Shown piece by piece: positions 52,962 to 61,838 of a stretch of 64,000 nt of DNA. Origin of the DNA: an uncultured Gammaproteobacteria bacterium (GTDB lineage Bacteria > Pseudomonadota > Gammaproteobacteria > Steroidobacterales > Steroidobacteraceae); assembly GCA_963805965.1 (NCBI GenBank), contig CAWDVQ010000011.1, positions 235,802 to 299,801 on the forward strand, in the 5' to 3' direction. A program made the position numbers and the translations under genes. The notes under the pieces are model-generated. The model was not told the origin of the DNA. It ran no database searches and worked only from the letters and a program-made list of their open reading frames with translations. Every line of letters starts with the position of its first letter. The stretch's first letter is position 1.

Positions 52962-53930
52962 CTAAGGCGGTGGCTCGGCGCGCCGGGTCAGCACTTCGTG
53001 ACCGGGCTGTTCAGGCTCCTCATCGGTAATCTGCGCCGGGAAGCCCTGGCCGAGTACCCGCACCTGGCAGGCATCCTCGAGACGCCGGATGATGTTGGGC
53101 GAAAACTCTCGCGGCCCGTAGCGTCGCTGTCCATCCCTGAAGATACCGAGCACCAGCGGCGAGATCTCGAGTGGCACATTCAGATCGCGCGCCAGCTGGT
53201 CGAACAGTCCCACGTCCTTGATCACCAGATCCATGGTGAAGTTGATATCGCGGCTGCCGTTCAGGATCACCTGGGATTCGGTTTCGTGCACGAACGAGTT
53301 GCCGGAGGAGATACGAATCGCCTCGTAGGCGGTGTTCATATCCAGGCCGGCCACCTTGCAGGTGGTCAGCGCCTCGGCCAGGGCGGCCAAATGCACCGTG
53401 CACAGATAATTGGTTACCACCTTGAGCTGCGATGCGGTGCCGAGCGCGCCGGTGTGCAGGATGTGCCGCCCCATCGTGGCCAGTACCGGCAGCACACGCT
53501 CGAAAGTCTCGCGCCGCCCGCCGGCAAAGATGGCGATGTTGCCGCTGGCAGCGCGATGACAACCACCCGACACCGGACAGTCCATCACCAGTGCGCCGCG
53601 CGCTTCGACCAGTGCGCCCAGCCGCAGCACCTCGGCGTGGTCCGTGGTGCTCATCTCGAGCCAGATCTGGCCGGCGCGCAGTGCGGACAGAAAGCCGTCC
53701 GCGCTTTCCACCACTTGCGCCGACGCGGCCGGCGAGGGCAGGCAGGTGATGATCAGGTCGACCGCCGCTGCCATCTCGCGCGGCGATGTCGCCGGGGTGG
53801 CGCCGCGCTGCTCGAACGACTGCTGCAGCTGCGGGTTGAGATCGCGTACCACCAGCGTATGGCCATTGCGCAGCAGCGTGCCGGCAAGCTTGCCCCCTAC
53901 GTTGCCCAGACCGATGAAGCCGATTTTCAT
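52962..53930 (-). CDS. NAD(P)-dependent 3-hydroxyisobutyrate-dehydrogenase-family oxidoreductase
   Basis: MKIGFIGLGNVGGKLAGTLL Rossmann start, DCPVSGG, and the 6-PGDH-like C-terminal domain. Confidence 0.85.
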   Translation of the reverse strand: MKIGFIGLGNVGGKLAGTLLRNGHTLVVRDLNPQLQQSFEQRGATPATSPREMAAAVDLIITCLPSPAASAQVVESADGFLSALRAGQIWLEMSTTDHAEVLRLGALVEARGALVMDCPVSGGCHRAASGNIAIFAGGRRETFERVLPVLATMGRHILHTGALGTASQLKVVTNYLCTVHLAALAEALTTCKVAGLDMNTAYEAIRISSGNSFVHETESQVILNGSRDINFTMDLVIKDVGLFDQLARDLNVPLEISPLVLGIFRDGQRRYGPREFSPNIIRRLEDACQVRVLGQGFPAQITDEEPEQPGHEVLTRRAEPPP

Positions 53931-54121
53931 AACATGCTTACTCTTTATGGATCAAAGGTTTACAACATCCCAGACAGCTGGCTGCCGGCGGGCGCAAGGC
54001 GCGCTGTGGGCGGCGATGTCGCGCCTAGACATGCGCCGGTCGCTATACCGGCATAGCGGCGCGGCTGCAGACTGTACGATGACAATGAGACTCCGTGCGT
54101 CCTTAAGTGGGGAGAACGTCG

Positions 54122-54820
54122 ATGGCCGATGGCCAGGATGAGGAATTCGATCTCGACAGCCTGGACGATCAGGAGCTGACCGAGCAGGTTCACGACGATC
54201 TCTACAACGGCCTGAAGGAAGAGGTCGAGACCGCGACCCGGATCTTCCTGGCGCGCGGCTGGTCGCCCGAGAAGGTGCTGAACGACGCGCTGGTCGAAGG
54301 CATGCGCATCGTTGGTATCGATTTCCGCGACGGCATCCTGTTCGTGCCCGAGGTGCTGCTGGCGGCAAACTCGATGAAAGGCGGCATGGAGATCCTGCGG
54401 CCGCTGCTGGCGGAGACCGGCGTCGAGCCGATCGGCAAGATCGTGATCGGCACCGTCAAGGGCGACATTCACGACATCGGCAAGAACCTGGTATCGATGA
54501 TGCTCGAGGGCGCCGGCTTCGAGGTCATCGATCTTGGCATCAACAATCCGGTGGAAAAGTACCTGGCTGCGATCGAGCAGCACCAGCCCGACATCCTCGG
54601 CCTGTCGGCGCTGCTGACCACCACCATGCCCTACATGAAAGTGGTGATCGATACCCTCAAGGAAAAGGGCATCCGCGACAAGTACATCGTACTGGTGGGC
54701 GGGGCACCGCTGAACGAGGAGTTCGGCAAGGCTATCGGCGCCGACGCTTACTGCCGCGATGCCGCGATCGCGGTCGAGACCGCAAAATCGATGGTGGCTG
54801 CGCGCCGGGCCGCGCGCTGA
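54122..54820 (+). CDS. corrinoid (cobalamin-binding) methyl-carrier protein, MtxC-type
   Basis: B12-binding helical cap followed by a Rossmann domain with DxHxxG (GDIHDIGKNL), SxL (LSALLTTT) and GG (LVGGAP) motifs. ggggag RBS 8 nt upstream. Confidence 0.9.
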   Translation: MADGQDEEFDLDSLDDQELTEQVHDDLYNGLKEEVETATRIFLARGWSPEKVLNDALVEGMRIVGIDFRDGILFVPEVLLAANSMKGGMEILRPLLAETGVEPIGKIVIGTVKGDIHDIGKNLVSMMLEGAGFEVIDLGINNPVEKYLAAIEQHQPDILGLSALLTTTMPYMKVVIDTLKEKGIRDKYIVLVGGAPLNEEFGKAIGADAYCRDAAIAVETAKSMVAARRAAR

Positions 54821-54834
54821 AGCAGCGCAGCCCC

Positions 54835-55455
54835 ATGCAGTGTAGCGACCGGGTACTGGTGATCGCGTGCGGCGCGCTGGCGCGCGAGATCGCGGCGCTC
54901 AAGCGCGCCAGCGGCTGGTCGGCGCTCGATGTGACCTGCCTGCCGCCGGAGCTCCACAACCGGCCGGAAAAGATCCCCGCGGCGGTCAGCGCTGCGATTC
55001 GCGAGGCGCGGGCGCGCTATCGACGAATCTTCGTGGCCTACGCCGACTGCGGTACCGGCGGCGCGCTCGACCGGGTGCTGGCCGAAGAGGGCGTCGAGCG
55101 GCTGCCGGGTGCGCACTGCTATGAACTGTTTGCCACCGCGGCGAGGTTTGCTGCGCTCGCGGAAACCGAGCCCGGCACGTTCTATCTGACCGATTTCCTG
55201 GTGCGGCATTTCGAGCGGCTGGTGATCGGCGGCCTCGGGATCGACCGGCATCCGCAGCTCGCGGGAGAGTATTTCCGCCATTACCGTCGCGTGGTCTACC
55301 TGGCGCAGGTCGCCGATGCACAGCTGGCCGATCAGGCACGCGCCATCGCCGCACGGCTCGGGCTTGCCTACGAGCAGCACGCCAGCGGCTATGGCGAGCT
55401 GGCGACCAGCCTGGCACGCGTGGTACGCGCTCCGGGCCCGCAGCCGGCGGCCTGA
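54835..55455 (+). CDS. DUF1638-family protein
   Basis: VLVIACGALAREI....DVTCLPPELHNRPEKIP...RIFVAYADCGTGGALD is the characteristic DUF1638 pattern seen next to corrinoid methyltransferase genes. Confidence 0.75.
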   Translation: MQCSDRVLVIACGALAREIAALKRASGWSALDVTCLPPELHNRPEKIPAAVSAAIREARARYRRIFVAYADCGTGGALDRVLAEEGVERLPGAHCYELFATAARFAALAETEPGTFYLTDFLVRHFERLVIGGLGIDRHPQLAGEYFRHYRRVVYLAQVADAQLADQARAIAARLGLAYEQHASGYGELATSLARVVRAPGPQPAA

Positions 55456-55473
55456 AAAAAAGGGCACCGCGGC

Positions 55474-55818
55474 GTGGCGCAGCTCATCATCATTTCGTGG
55501 CGCGACATCCCGGCCCAGGTGATCGTCAAGCGTGGGCGCGAGACGGCGAAGGTGCAGCTGTCGCAGCGCTTTCAGGAGGCGGTCGACCGCGCTGCGATGC
55601 GCGCCGGCAAGGGCAGCTCCGACGCTTATCTTGCCGACTGGAAGCGCAGCCCGCCGCGCTCCTGCGCTGATGATCTCAAGGCGGTGGCCGACGCCGAGGC
55701 TGCGGTGCTCGAGGCGCGCTACAGCGATGAGGATCTGGAGCGCATGATCCGCGCCAAGGGCATCGACGATCGCCTGACCGGCGTGGGCGCCGCGGCCGAT
55801 AGCCCCGGGGCGCGCTGA
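55474..55818 (+). CDS. small virulence-factor-like domain protein (function unknown)
   Basis: AQLIIISWRDIPAQVIVKRGRETAKVQLSQRFQEAVDRAAMRAG resembles the small protein family commonly encoded upstream of MetV/MetF-type genes. GTG start. Confidence 0.6.
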   Translation: MAQLIIISWRDIPAQVIVKRGRETAKVQLSQRFQEAVDRAAMRAGKGSSDAYLADWKRSPPRSCADDLKAVADAEAAVLEARYSDEDLERMIRAKGIDDRLTGVGAAADSPGAR

Positions 55819-56291
55819 TGTATCGCGCGCGCCTCTGGTCGGTGCGCCATGCACGCGGCCTGGATCGATTCTATGGCGTGTTCGAGCACCTGTTGGTGCG
55901 CCTGGCGCCGTTGTTCGCGGCGATCGGCTATCAGCGCCTGGAGCGCCCGGTGGCCGCGATCGAGCGCGGTGTCAAAGGCCTGCTGTTCGACTGCAAGATG
56001 TGCGGCCAGTGCGTGCTGAGTTCCACCGGCATGTCGTGCCCGATGAACTGCCCGAAGAATCTGCGCAACGGCCCCTGCGGCGGGGTGCGCGCCGATGGCT
56101 ACTGCGAGGTCGATGCCCGGATGCGCTGCGTGTGGCTGCTGGCATTCGCCGGCGCCGAGCGCATCCCCGGCGGTATCGACCGAATACGCGCGATCCAGGC
56201 GCCGGTCGACCGCCGCCTCGAGGGGCATTCATCGTGGCTGCGCCTGGTGCGTGATCGCACCGGATCGACGGCGCGCGCGAGTGCACCATGA
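55818..56291 (+). CDS. MetV-like subunit (methylenetetrahydrofolate reductase C-terminal-domain protein, Cys-rich)
   Basis: CKMCGQCVLSSTGMSCPMNCPKNLRNGPCGG Cys motif. TGATG overlap upstream and ATGA overlap downstream. Confidence 0.8.
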   Translation: MYRARLWSVRHARGLDRFYGVFEHLLVRLAPLFAAIGYQRLERPVAAIERGVKGLLFDCKMCGQCVLSSTGMSCPMNCPKNLRNGPCGGVRADGYCEVDARMRCVWLLAFAGAERIPGGIDRIRAIQAPVDRRLEGHSSWLRLVRDRTGSTARASAP

Positions 56292-57304
56292 GATTCGAGG
56301 ATGAGCCGGTTCCGGGCTATCCGCTGCCGATCCTGCCGGGCCACGTGTCCCCAGGCCGCTTCGAGCGCGTGCTGCGCGCCGGCGCGTTTGCGGTAACGAC
56401 CGAACTGGCGCCGCCGGATTCCGCCGACCCGCAGGAGGTGTACCAGCGCGCGCGCGTGCTCGATGGCTATGTCGATGCGATCAACGCCACCGACGGCTCC
56501 GGGGCCAACTGTCACATGTCGAGCCTGGCGGTGTGCGCACTGCTGACGCGCGTCGGCTATGCACCGGTGATGCAGATCTCCTGCCGCGACCGCAATCGGA
56601 TTGCCATCCAGGGCGACATCCTCGGCGGTGCCGCCATGGGGGTGTGCAACATGCTGTGCCTGACCGGCGATGGCGTGCAGGTGGGCGACCATCCGCAGGC
56701 CAGGCCGGTGTTCGATCTGGACTCGATATCGCTGCTGGAACTCGGCTGCACACTGCGCGATCAGCATTGCTTCCAGAGCGGTCGCAAGCTCAGCTTCTCG
56801 CCGCGGGTATTGTTCGGCGCCGGCGAGAACCCGATGGTGCCGCCGCTCGAACACCGTGCGCTGCGGCTAGCGAAGAAGGTGGCCGCCGGGGCGCAGTTCA
56901 TCCAGACGCAGTACGTGTACGATCTGCCGCGACTGCGCGCGTTCATGCGCGGGGTCGAGGACCTGGGGCTGCTCGACCGCGTGTTCCTGCTGATCGGGGT
57001 AGGCCCGATCAGGAGCGCCAAGGCGGCCGAGTGGATGCGCCGCCACGTGCCCGGGGTGCACATCCCCGATGCCATCGTCGATCGCCTGGCGGGCGCGCAG
57101 GATGCGGCGCGCGAGGGGCGCAACATCTGCATCGAACTGATCCAGGAGCTCCGCAGCATGCGCGGAATCCACGGCGTGCACGTGATGGCGTACCGCCAGG
57201 AAGAGGCGGTGGCCGAGATCATCACCGGCTCCGGCGTGCTGGCTGGACGAACGCCATGGCATCCGGGACGCGACCAGAATTCAGCCGACAGGAAAGCATC
57301 ATGA
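56288..57304 (+). CDS. metF: methylenetetrahydrofolate reductase (MetF-type catalytic subunit)
   Basis: FAVTTELAPP, YVDAINATDGSGA, QISCRDRNR, CLTGD and FIQTQYVYD are MTHFR TIM-barrel motifs. Confidence 0.85.
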   Translation: MRFEDEPVPGYPLPILPGHVSPGRFERVLRAGAFAVTTELAPPDSADPQEVYQRARVLDGYVDAINATDGSGANCHMSSLAVCALLTRVGYAPVMQISCRDRNRIAIQGDILGGAAMGVCNMLCLTGDGVQVGDHPQARPVFDLDSISLLELGCTLRDQHCFQSGRKLSFSPRVLFGAGENPMVPPLEHRALRLAKKVAAGAQFIQTQYVYDLPRLRAFMRGVEDLGLLDRVFLLIGVGPIRSAKAAEWMRRHVPGVHIPDAIVDRLAGAQDAAREGRNICIELIQELRSMRGIHGVHVMAYRQEEAVAEIITGSGVLAGRTPWHPGRDQNSADRKAS

Positions 57305-58224
57305 CCGATACGGTTCTCAGTTCCGCGACCAGGGAGGTGGTGATCGGATTCGATCGCCCGTTCGTCATCATCGGCGAGCGCATCAATCCGACTGGACGCA
57401 AGATCCTCGCAGCCGAAATGCTGGCCGGGGATTTCAGCCGCGTGGAGACCGACGCCCGCGCCCAGGTGGAAGCCGGCGCGCACATGCTCGACGTCAACGC
57501 CGGCATCCCGCTGGCGGATGAACCGGCGATTCTTGCGCGCGCCATCCAGCTGGTGCAGTCGATCACCGACGTGCCGCTGTCGATCGACTCCTCGATCGTC
57601 GCCGCGCTGGAAGCGGGACTCAAGGTCTACAAAGGCAAGGCGCTGGTGAATTCGGTCACCGGCGAGGAGGAGCGGCTGGAGAGCGTGCTGCCGCTGATCA
57701 AGAAATATGGCGCTGCAGTGGTCGCGATCTCCAACGATGAGACCGGCATCTCCGAGGATCCGGACGTGCGCTTCGAGGTTGCCAAGCGCATCGTGCATCG
57801 TGCGCTCGATCACGGCATTGCCGCTTGCGACATCGTGGTCGATCCGCTGGTAATGCCGATTGGCGCCATCAATCGCGCCGCGGTGCAGGTGATGCACCTG
57901 CTGCATCGGCTGAAGACCGAGCTAAAGGTCAACACCACCTGCGGCGCCTCGAACATCAGCTTCGGGCTGCCGCGCCGTAACGGTATCAACGCGGCGTTCC
58001 TGACCATGGCGATCGGCTCGGGCATGACCTCCGCGATCACCAACCCGCTGCATCCGGAAGTGGTGGAGGCGGTGCTCGGTGCTGACGTGATGATGGGCCA
58101 TGATCCGGACTGCACGCGCTGGATCAGGAAATTTCGCGAACCGCCACCGGCCGGCGCCGACGGTGAGGCTGGTCGCGGCCGTCGCGAGGGCGGTCATCGC
58201 CGTCGCCCGACGCCGGCCACCTAG
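57301..58224 (+). CDS. methyltetrahydrofolate:corrinoid methyltransferase (pterin-binding domain)
   Basis: FVIIGERINPTGRK, MLDVNAG, LSIDSS, ALVNSVTGE, VVDPLVMPIG and CGASNISFGLP are the pterin-binding (MetH/AcsE/MtrH-like) pattern. ATGA overlap with metF. Confidence 0.88.
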   Translation: MTDTVLSSATREVVIGFDRPFVIIGERINPTGRKILAAEMLAGDFSRVETDARAQVEAGAHMLDVNAGIPLADEPAILARAIQLVQSITDVPLSIDSSIVAALEAGLKVYKGKALVNSVTGEEERLESVLPLIKKYGAAVVAISNDETGISEDPDVRFEVAKRIVHRALDHGIAACDIVVDPLVMPIGAINRAAVQVMHLLHRLKTELKVNTTCGASNISFGLPRRNGINAAFLTMAIGSGMTSAITNPLHPEVVEAVLGADVMMGHDPDCTRWIRKFREPPPAGADGEAGRGRREGGHRRRPTPAT

Positions 58225-58232
58225 GAATCTGC

Positions 58233-60248
58233 ATGGCCGCGTCCGATGCGCTGGTCGTGTTCACGCCGTCGGGCAAACGCGGCCGCTTCGAGCTCGGCAC
58301 GCCGATACTATCGGCCGCGCGCAGCCTCGGAGTAGACATTGATTCCGTGTGTGGCGGGCGGGCGATGTGCACGCGCTGCCAGGTGCTGATCGCCGAGGGC
58401 GAGTTCGCCAAGCACAACGTGCGCTCCTCGGCCGGCAATCTGTCGCCGATGTCGGCCGCGGAACAAAGGCTCGCCGATCGCAAGCTGCTCGGCGCCGGAC
58501 GCCGGCTGTCCTGCCAGGCGCGGCTGCAGGGCGATGTCGTGGTGGACGTGCCGGCGAGCAGCCAGGTGCACCGCCAGGTGGTGCGCAAGGCCGCGGAAGC
58601 CTACGACATCGAGCTCTATCCGCTCATCACGCTGCACTACGTCGAGGTCGCCGAGCCGGACATGCACGATCCATCCGGCGACTTGAAGCGACTGACCGAC
58701 GCGCTGTCGCGCGAGTGGCAGCTGGGCGCACTGCAATGCGATCTGAAGGTGCTGCAGGGGCTGCAGGCTGCACTCAGGAGCGGCAAATGGAAGGTCACGG
58801 TCGCGGTCCATGACCGCTCGCGCATCGTGTCGGTGTGGCCGGGCCTGCACGAGAAGGTATACGGGCTGGCCGTGGACGTCGGTTCCACCACCATCGCCGC
58901 CCACCTGTGCGATCTGACCAGCGGCGACATCGTGGCGGCCGCCGGCATCATGAATCCGCAGATCCGCTTCGGCGAGGATCTGATGAGCCGCGTGTCGTAC
59001 GCGATGATGAACCCGGGCGGCGCCGCGCAGATGACCGCAGCGGTCAGGGGCGCGCTGAGCGAACTGGCGGCCGACGTGGCACGCGCTGCGGGCATCACGC
59101 CGGATGCGATCCTGGAGATGACCCTGGTGGGCAACCCGATCATGCACCACCTGGTCCTGGGCCTGGACCCGGTGGAACTGGGCGGCGCGCCGTTCGCATT
59201 GGCGGTGGACAGCGCGGTTACCGTCACCGCGGCGGAGCTCGACATCGCCGTGAACCCCAACGCCCGCATCTACGTGCTGCCGTGCATCGCCGGCCATGTC
59301 GGCGCCGACACCGCCGGCATGATCCTGGCGGAGCGGCCGGATCTGGCCGAGCCTCTCACGCTGCTGGTGGATGTCGGCACCAACGCGGAGATCGTGCTCG
59401 GCAACCGCGCGCGCCTGGTGGCCTGCTCCAGCCCGACCGGCCCGGCATTCGAGGGCGCGCAAATCAGTTGCGGCCAGCGCGCCGCCCCGGGTGCGATCGA
59501 GCGCGTGCGCATCGATCGCGCTACGCTCGAGCCGCGCTATCGGGTGATCGGCAGCGAGCTGTGGTCGGACGATCCGGGCTTCGCCCAGGCGGTCGGCGCC
59601 ACCGGCGTCACCGGCGTGTGCGGCTCGGGCATCATCGAGCTGATCGCCGAACTCTACCTGGCCGGTGTCATCAACCAGGACGGCGTCATCGACGGCTCGC
59701 TGGCGGCCGTGAGCCCGCGGGTGGTGGCCAACGGCAGGACATTTGCCTACCAGCTCGCGTCCGGCGAGCGCCCGCTATCGATCACGCAAAACGACGTGCG
59801 CGCGATCCAGCTGGCGAAGGCAGCGTTGTACGCCGGTATCCGGCTACTGATGGAGCGGCTGGGAGTGGAACAGGTCGATCGGATCCGGCTCGCCGGTGCG
59901 TTCGGCAGCCACATCGACGTCAAGTACGCCATGGTGCTCGGCATGATTCCCGACTGCGAGCTGTCGCAGGTCGCCTCGGCCGGCAATGCGGCCGGTACCG
60001 GCGCACGCATCGCGCTGCTCGACTCGCGCTCGCGCGCGACTATCGAGGCCATCGTGGGCCAGGTGGAGAAGATCGAGACCGCACTGGAGCCGCGCTTTCA
60101 GACGCATTTCGTCGAGGCGATGGCCCTTCCGCACAAGACCGCACCCTACCCGCACCTGCGCTCGGCGGTGCAGCTGCCGGCGCCCAAAGCGGTGCTGCAG
60201 AGCGATGGCCGCGAGCGGCGCAAGCGGCGCGTGATTCATCAAGGGTAG
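58233..60248 (+). CDS. RACE-type reductive activator of corrinoid enzymes (N-terminal 2Fe-2S ferredoxin + ASKHA ATPase)
   Basis: CGGRAMCTRCQV...LSCQA plant-type ferredoxin Cys pattern. Then GLAVDVGSTTIAAHL and LLVDVGTNAEIV ASKHA phosphate-binding motifs. 671 aa. Confidence 0.88.
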   Translation: MAASDALVVFTPSGKRGRFELGTPILSAARSLGVDIDSVCGGRAMCTRCQVLIAEGEFAKHNVRSSAGNLSPMSAAEQRLADRKLLGAGRRLSCQARLQGDVVVDVPASSQVHRQVVRKAAEAYDIELYPLITLHYVEVAEPDMHDPSGDLKRLTDALSREWQLGALQCDLKVLQGLQAALRSGKWKVTVAVHDRSRIVSVWPGLHEKVYGLAVDVGSTTIAAHLCDLTSGDIVAAAGIMNPQIRFGEDLMSRVSYAMMNPGGAAQMTAAVRGALSELAADVARAAGITPDAILEMTLVGNPIMHHLVLGLDPVELGGAPFALAVDSAVTVTAAELDIAVNPNARIYVLPCIAGHVGADTAGMILAERPDLAEPLTLLVDVGTNAEIVLGNRARLVACSSPTGPAFEGAQISCGQRAAPGAIERVRIDRATLEPRYRVIGSELWSDDPGFAQAVGATGVTGVCGSGIIELIAELYLAGVINQDGVIDGSLAAVSPRVVANGRTFAYQLASGERPLSITQNDVRAIQLAKAALYAGIRLLMERLGVEQVDRIRLAGAFGSHIDVKYAMVLGMIPDCELSQVASAGNAAGTGARIALLDSRSRATIEAIVGQVEKIETALEPRFQTHFVEAMALPHKTAPYPHLRSAVQLPAPKAVLQSDGRERRKRRVIHQG

Positions 60249-60269
60249 CGCGCAGCGGGGCGCGCGCAG

Positions 60270-61838
60270 TCAGACGTTCGAGTCTGGAAACGAGGCCTTG
60301 CGGCGCTGCATGAAATCGAGCAGCGCCTCGTCGATCGCGGCGTCCAGTGGCGGCGCCTGGTACTCGGCGAGCTGTTTTTTCCACAGCGCATTGGCGCGCT
60401 TGGCCATGTCGCTCGCCCCCTCGGCTTCCCACTGCTCGTAGCTGTTGTTGTCGGCCAGCGCCGAGCGGTAGAACGCGGTCTCGAAGTTGGCCTGGGTATG
60501 TGCACAGCCGAGGAAATGCTTGCCGGGGCCGACCTCGCGGATAGCATCCATCGCCTGGCCGTTTTCGGACATGTCCACGCCCGAGAGGAATGTCTGCATC
60601 ATGCCCGCCTGATCGACGTCCATGACGAATTTCTCGTACCCCATGGCCAGGCCGCCTTCGAGCCAGCCGGCGACATGCAGCACGAAATTGACGCCCGCAA
60701 GACAGGTCGGCAGCAACGTGTTAGCCGATTCAAACGCCGCCTGCGCATCCGGAATCTTGGATGCGCACAGGCTGCCGCCGGAACGAAACGGCACCCCGAG
60801 GCGGCGCGCCAGTGCCGCCATGACATACAGCACCAGTGCCGGCTCGGGGGTGCCGAACGTGGGCGCGCCCGACTGCATCGAGATCGAAGAGGCAAAGCTG
60901 CCGAAGATCACCGGCGCTCCGGGGTTCACCAGCTGCGTCAGTGCCATGCCAGCCAGCGCTTCGGCCAGCGTCTGGGCTGCCGTTCCCGCCACCGTCACCG
61001 GCGACATCGCGCCGGCAAGGATGAAGGGCGTCACGATCGTGGCCTGGTTGGCACGCGCGTAGACCTTGAGAGCCCCGAGCATGGTCGAGTCGAACGTCAT
61101 CGGCGAGTTGGCATTGATGAGGCTGACCAGCACGGTTCGGGGGCGCCCGGTCGCCGGGTCGATGAAGTCCGGCCCGAACAGGATCTTCGCCATCTCGACC
61201 GTATCGGCGGCGCGTTCGGGGTGCGTGACCGAGCCCATGAACGGCTTGTCGCTGTATTTGATGTGGCTGTAGACCATATCGAAATGGCGCTTGTTGACCG
61301 GCAGGTCGACCGGCTCGCAGATGGTGCCGCCCGAGTGATGCAGCGAGGGCGCCATGTAGGCGAGCTTGACGAAGTTCCTGAAATCCTCGATACGCGCGTA
61401 GCGACGCCCCTCATCCAGGTTGCGGATGAACGGCGAGCCGTAGGCCGGGGCAAACACGCTGTGCTTGCCGCCGATCGGGACGTTGTGTGCGGGATTGCGC
61501 GCATATTGAACGAATTCGCGCGGCGCGCTGTCGCGGATCAGGGAGCGGCACAGGCCGCGCGGGAAGTGCACGCGCTCGCCCTTGACCTCGGCCCCGGCCG
61601 CCTTCCACAGCGTGAGCGACTCGGGGTCGTCACGAAAGTCGATGCCAATCTCTTCCAGGATGGTATCGGCGTTGCGCTCGATGGTGACCAGGGCCTGCTC
61701 GTCGAGGACTTCGTAGTAAGGCAGGGCGCGTGTGATGTACGGAATAGTGACCGCCGAGCGTGCCGCTCGTGCGGCGCGCTTGGCCTCGCGTCCGCCGCCG
61801 CGATTGCGGCGCGCCGATAGCGCTTGCTGCTCATCCAT
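60270..61838 (-). CDS. MttB-superfamily (non-pyrrolysine) methyltransferase, paralog 3
   Basis: Uninterrupted ORF. VTPFILAGAMSPVTVAGTA, GSFASSISMQSGAPTFGTPE, LHVAGWLEGGL and GPGKHFLGCAHT. GGAGG RBS upstream of MDEQQ. Convergent with the RACE gene (21-nt gap). Confidence 0.88.
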   Translation of the reverse strand: MDEQQALSARRNRGGGREAKRAARAARSAVTIPYITRALPYYEVLDEQALVTIERNADTILEEIGIDFRDDPESLTLWKAAGAEVKGERVHFPRGLCRSLIRDSAPREFVQYARNPAHNVPIGGKHSVFAPAYGSPFIRNLDEGRRYARIEDFRNFVKLAYMAPSLHHSGGTICEPVDLPVNKRHFDMVYSHIKYSDKPFMGSVTHPERAADTVEMAKILFGPDFIDPATGRPRTVLVSLINANSPMTFDSTMLGALKVYARANQATIVTPFILAGAMSPVTVAGTAAQTLAEALAGMALTQLVNPGAPVIFGSFASSISMQSGAPTFGTPEPALVLYVMAALARRLGVPFRSGGSLCASKIPDAQAAFESANTLLPTCLAGVNFVLHVAGWLEGGLAMGYEKFVMDVDQAGMMQTFLSGVDMSENGQAMDAIREVGPGKHFLGCAHTQANFETAFYRSALADNNSYEQWEAEGASDMAKRANALWKKQLAEYQAPPLDAAIDEALLDFMQRRKASFPDSNV

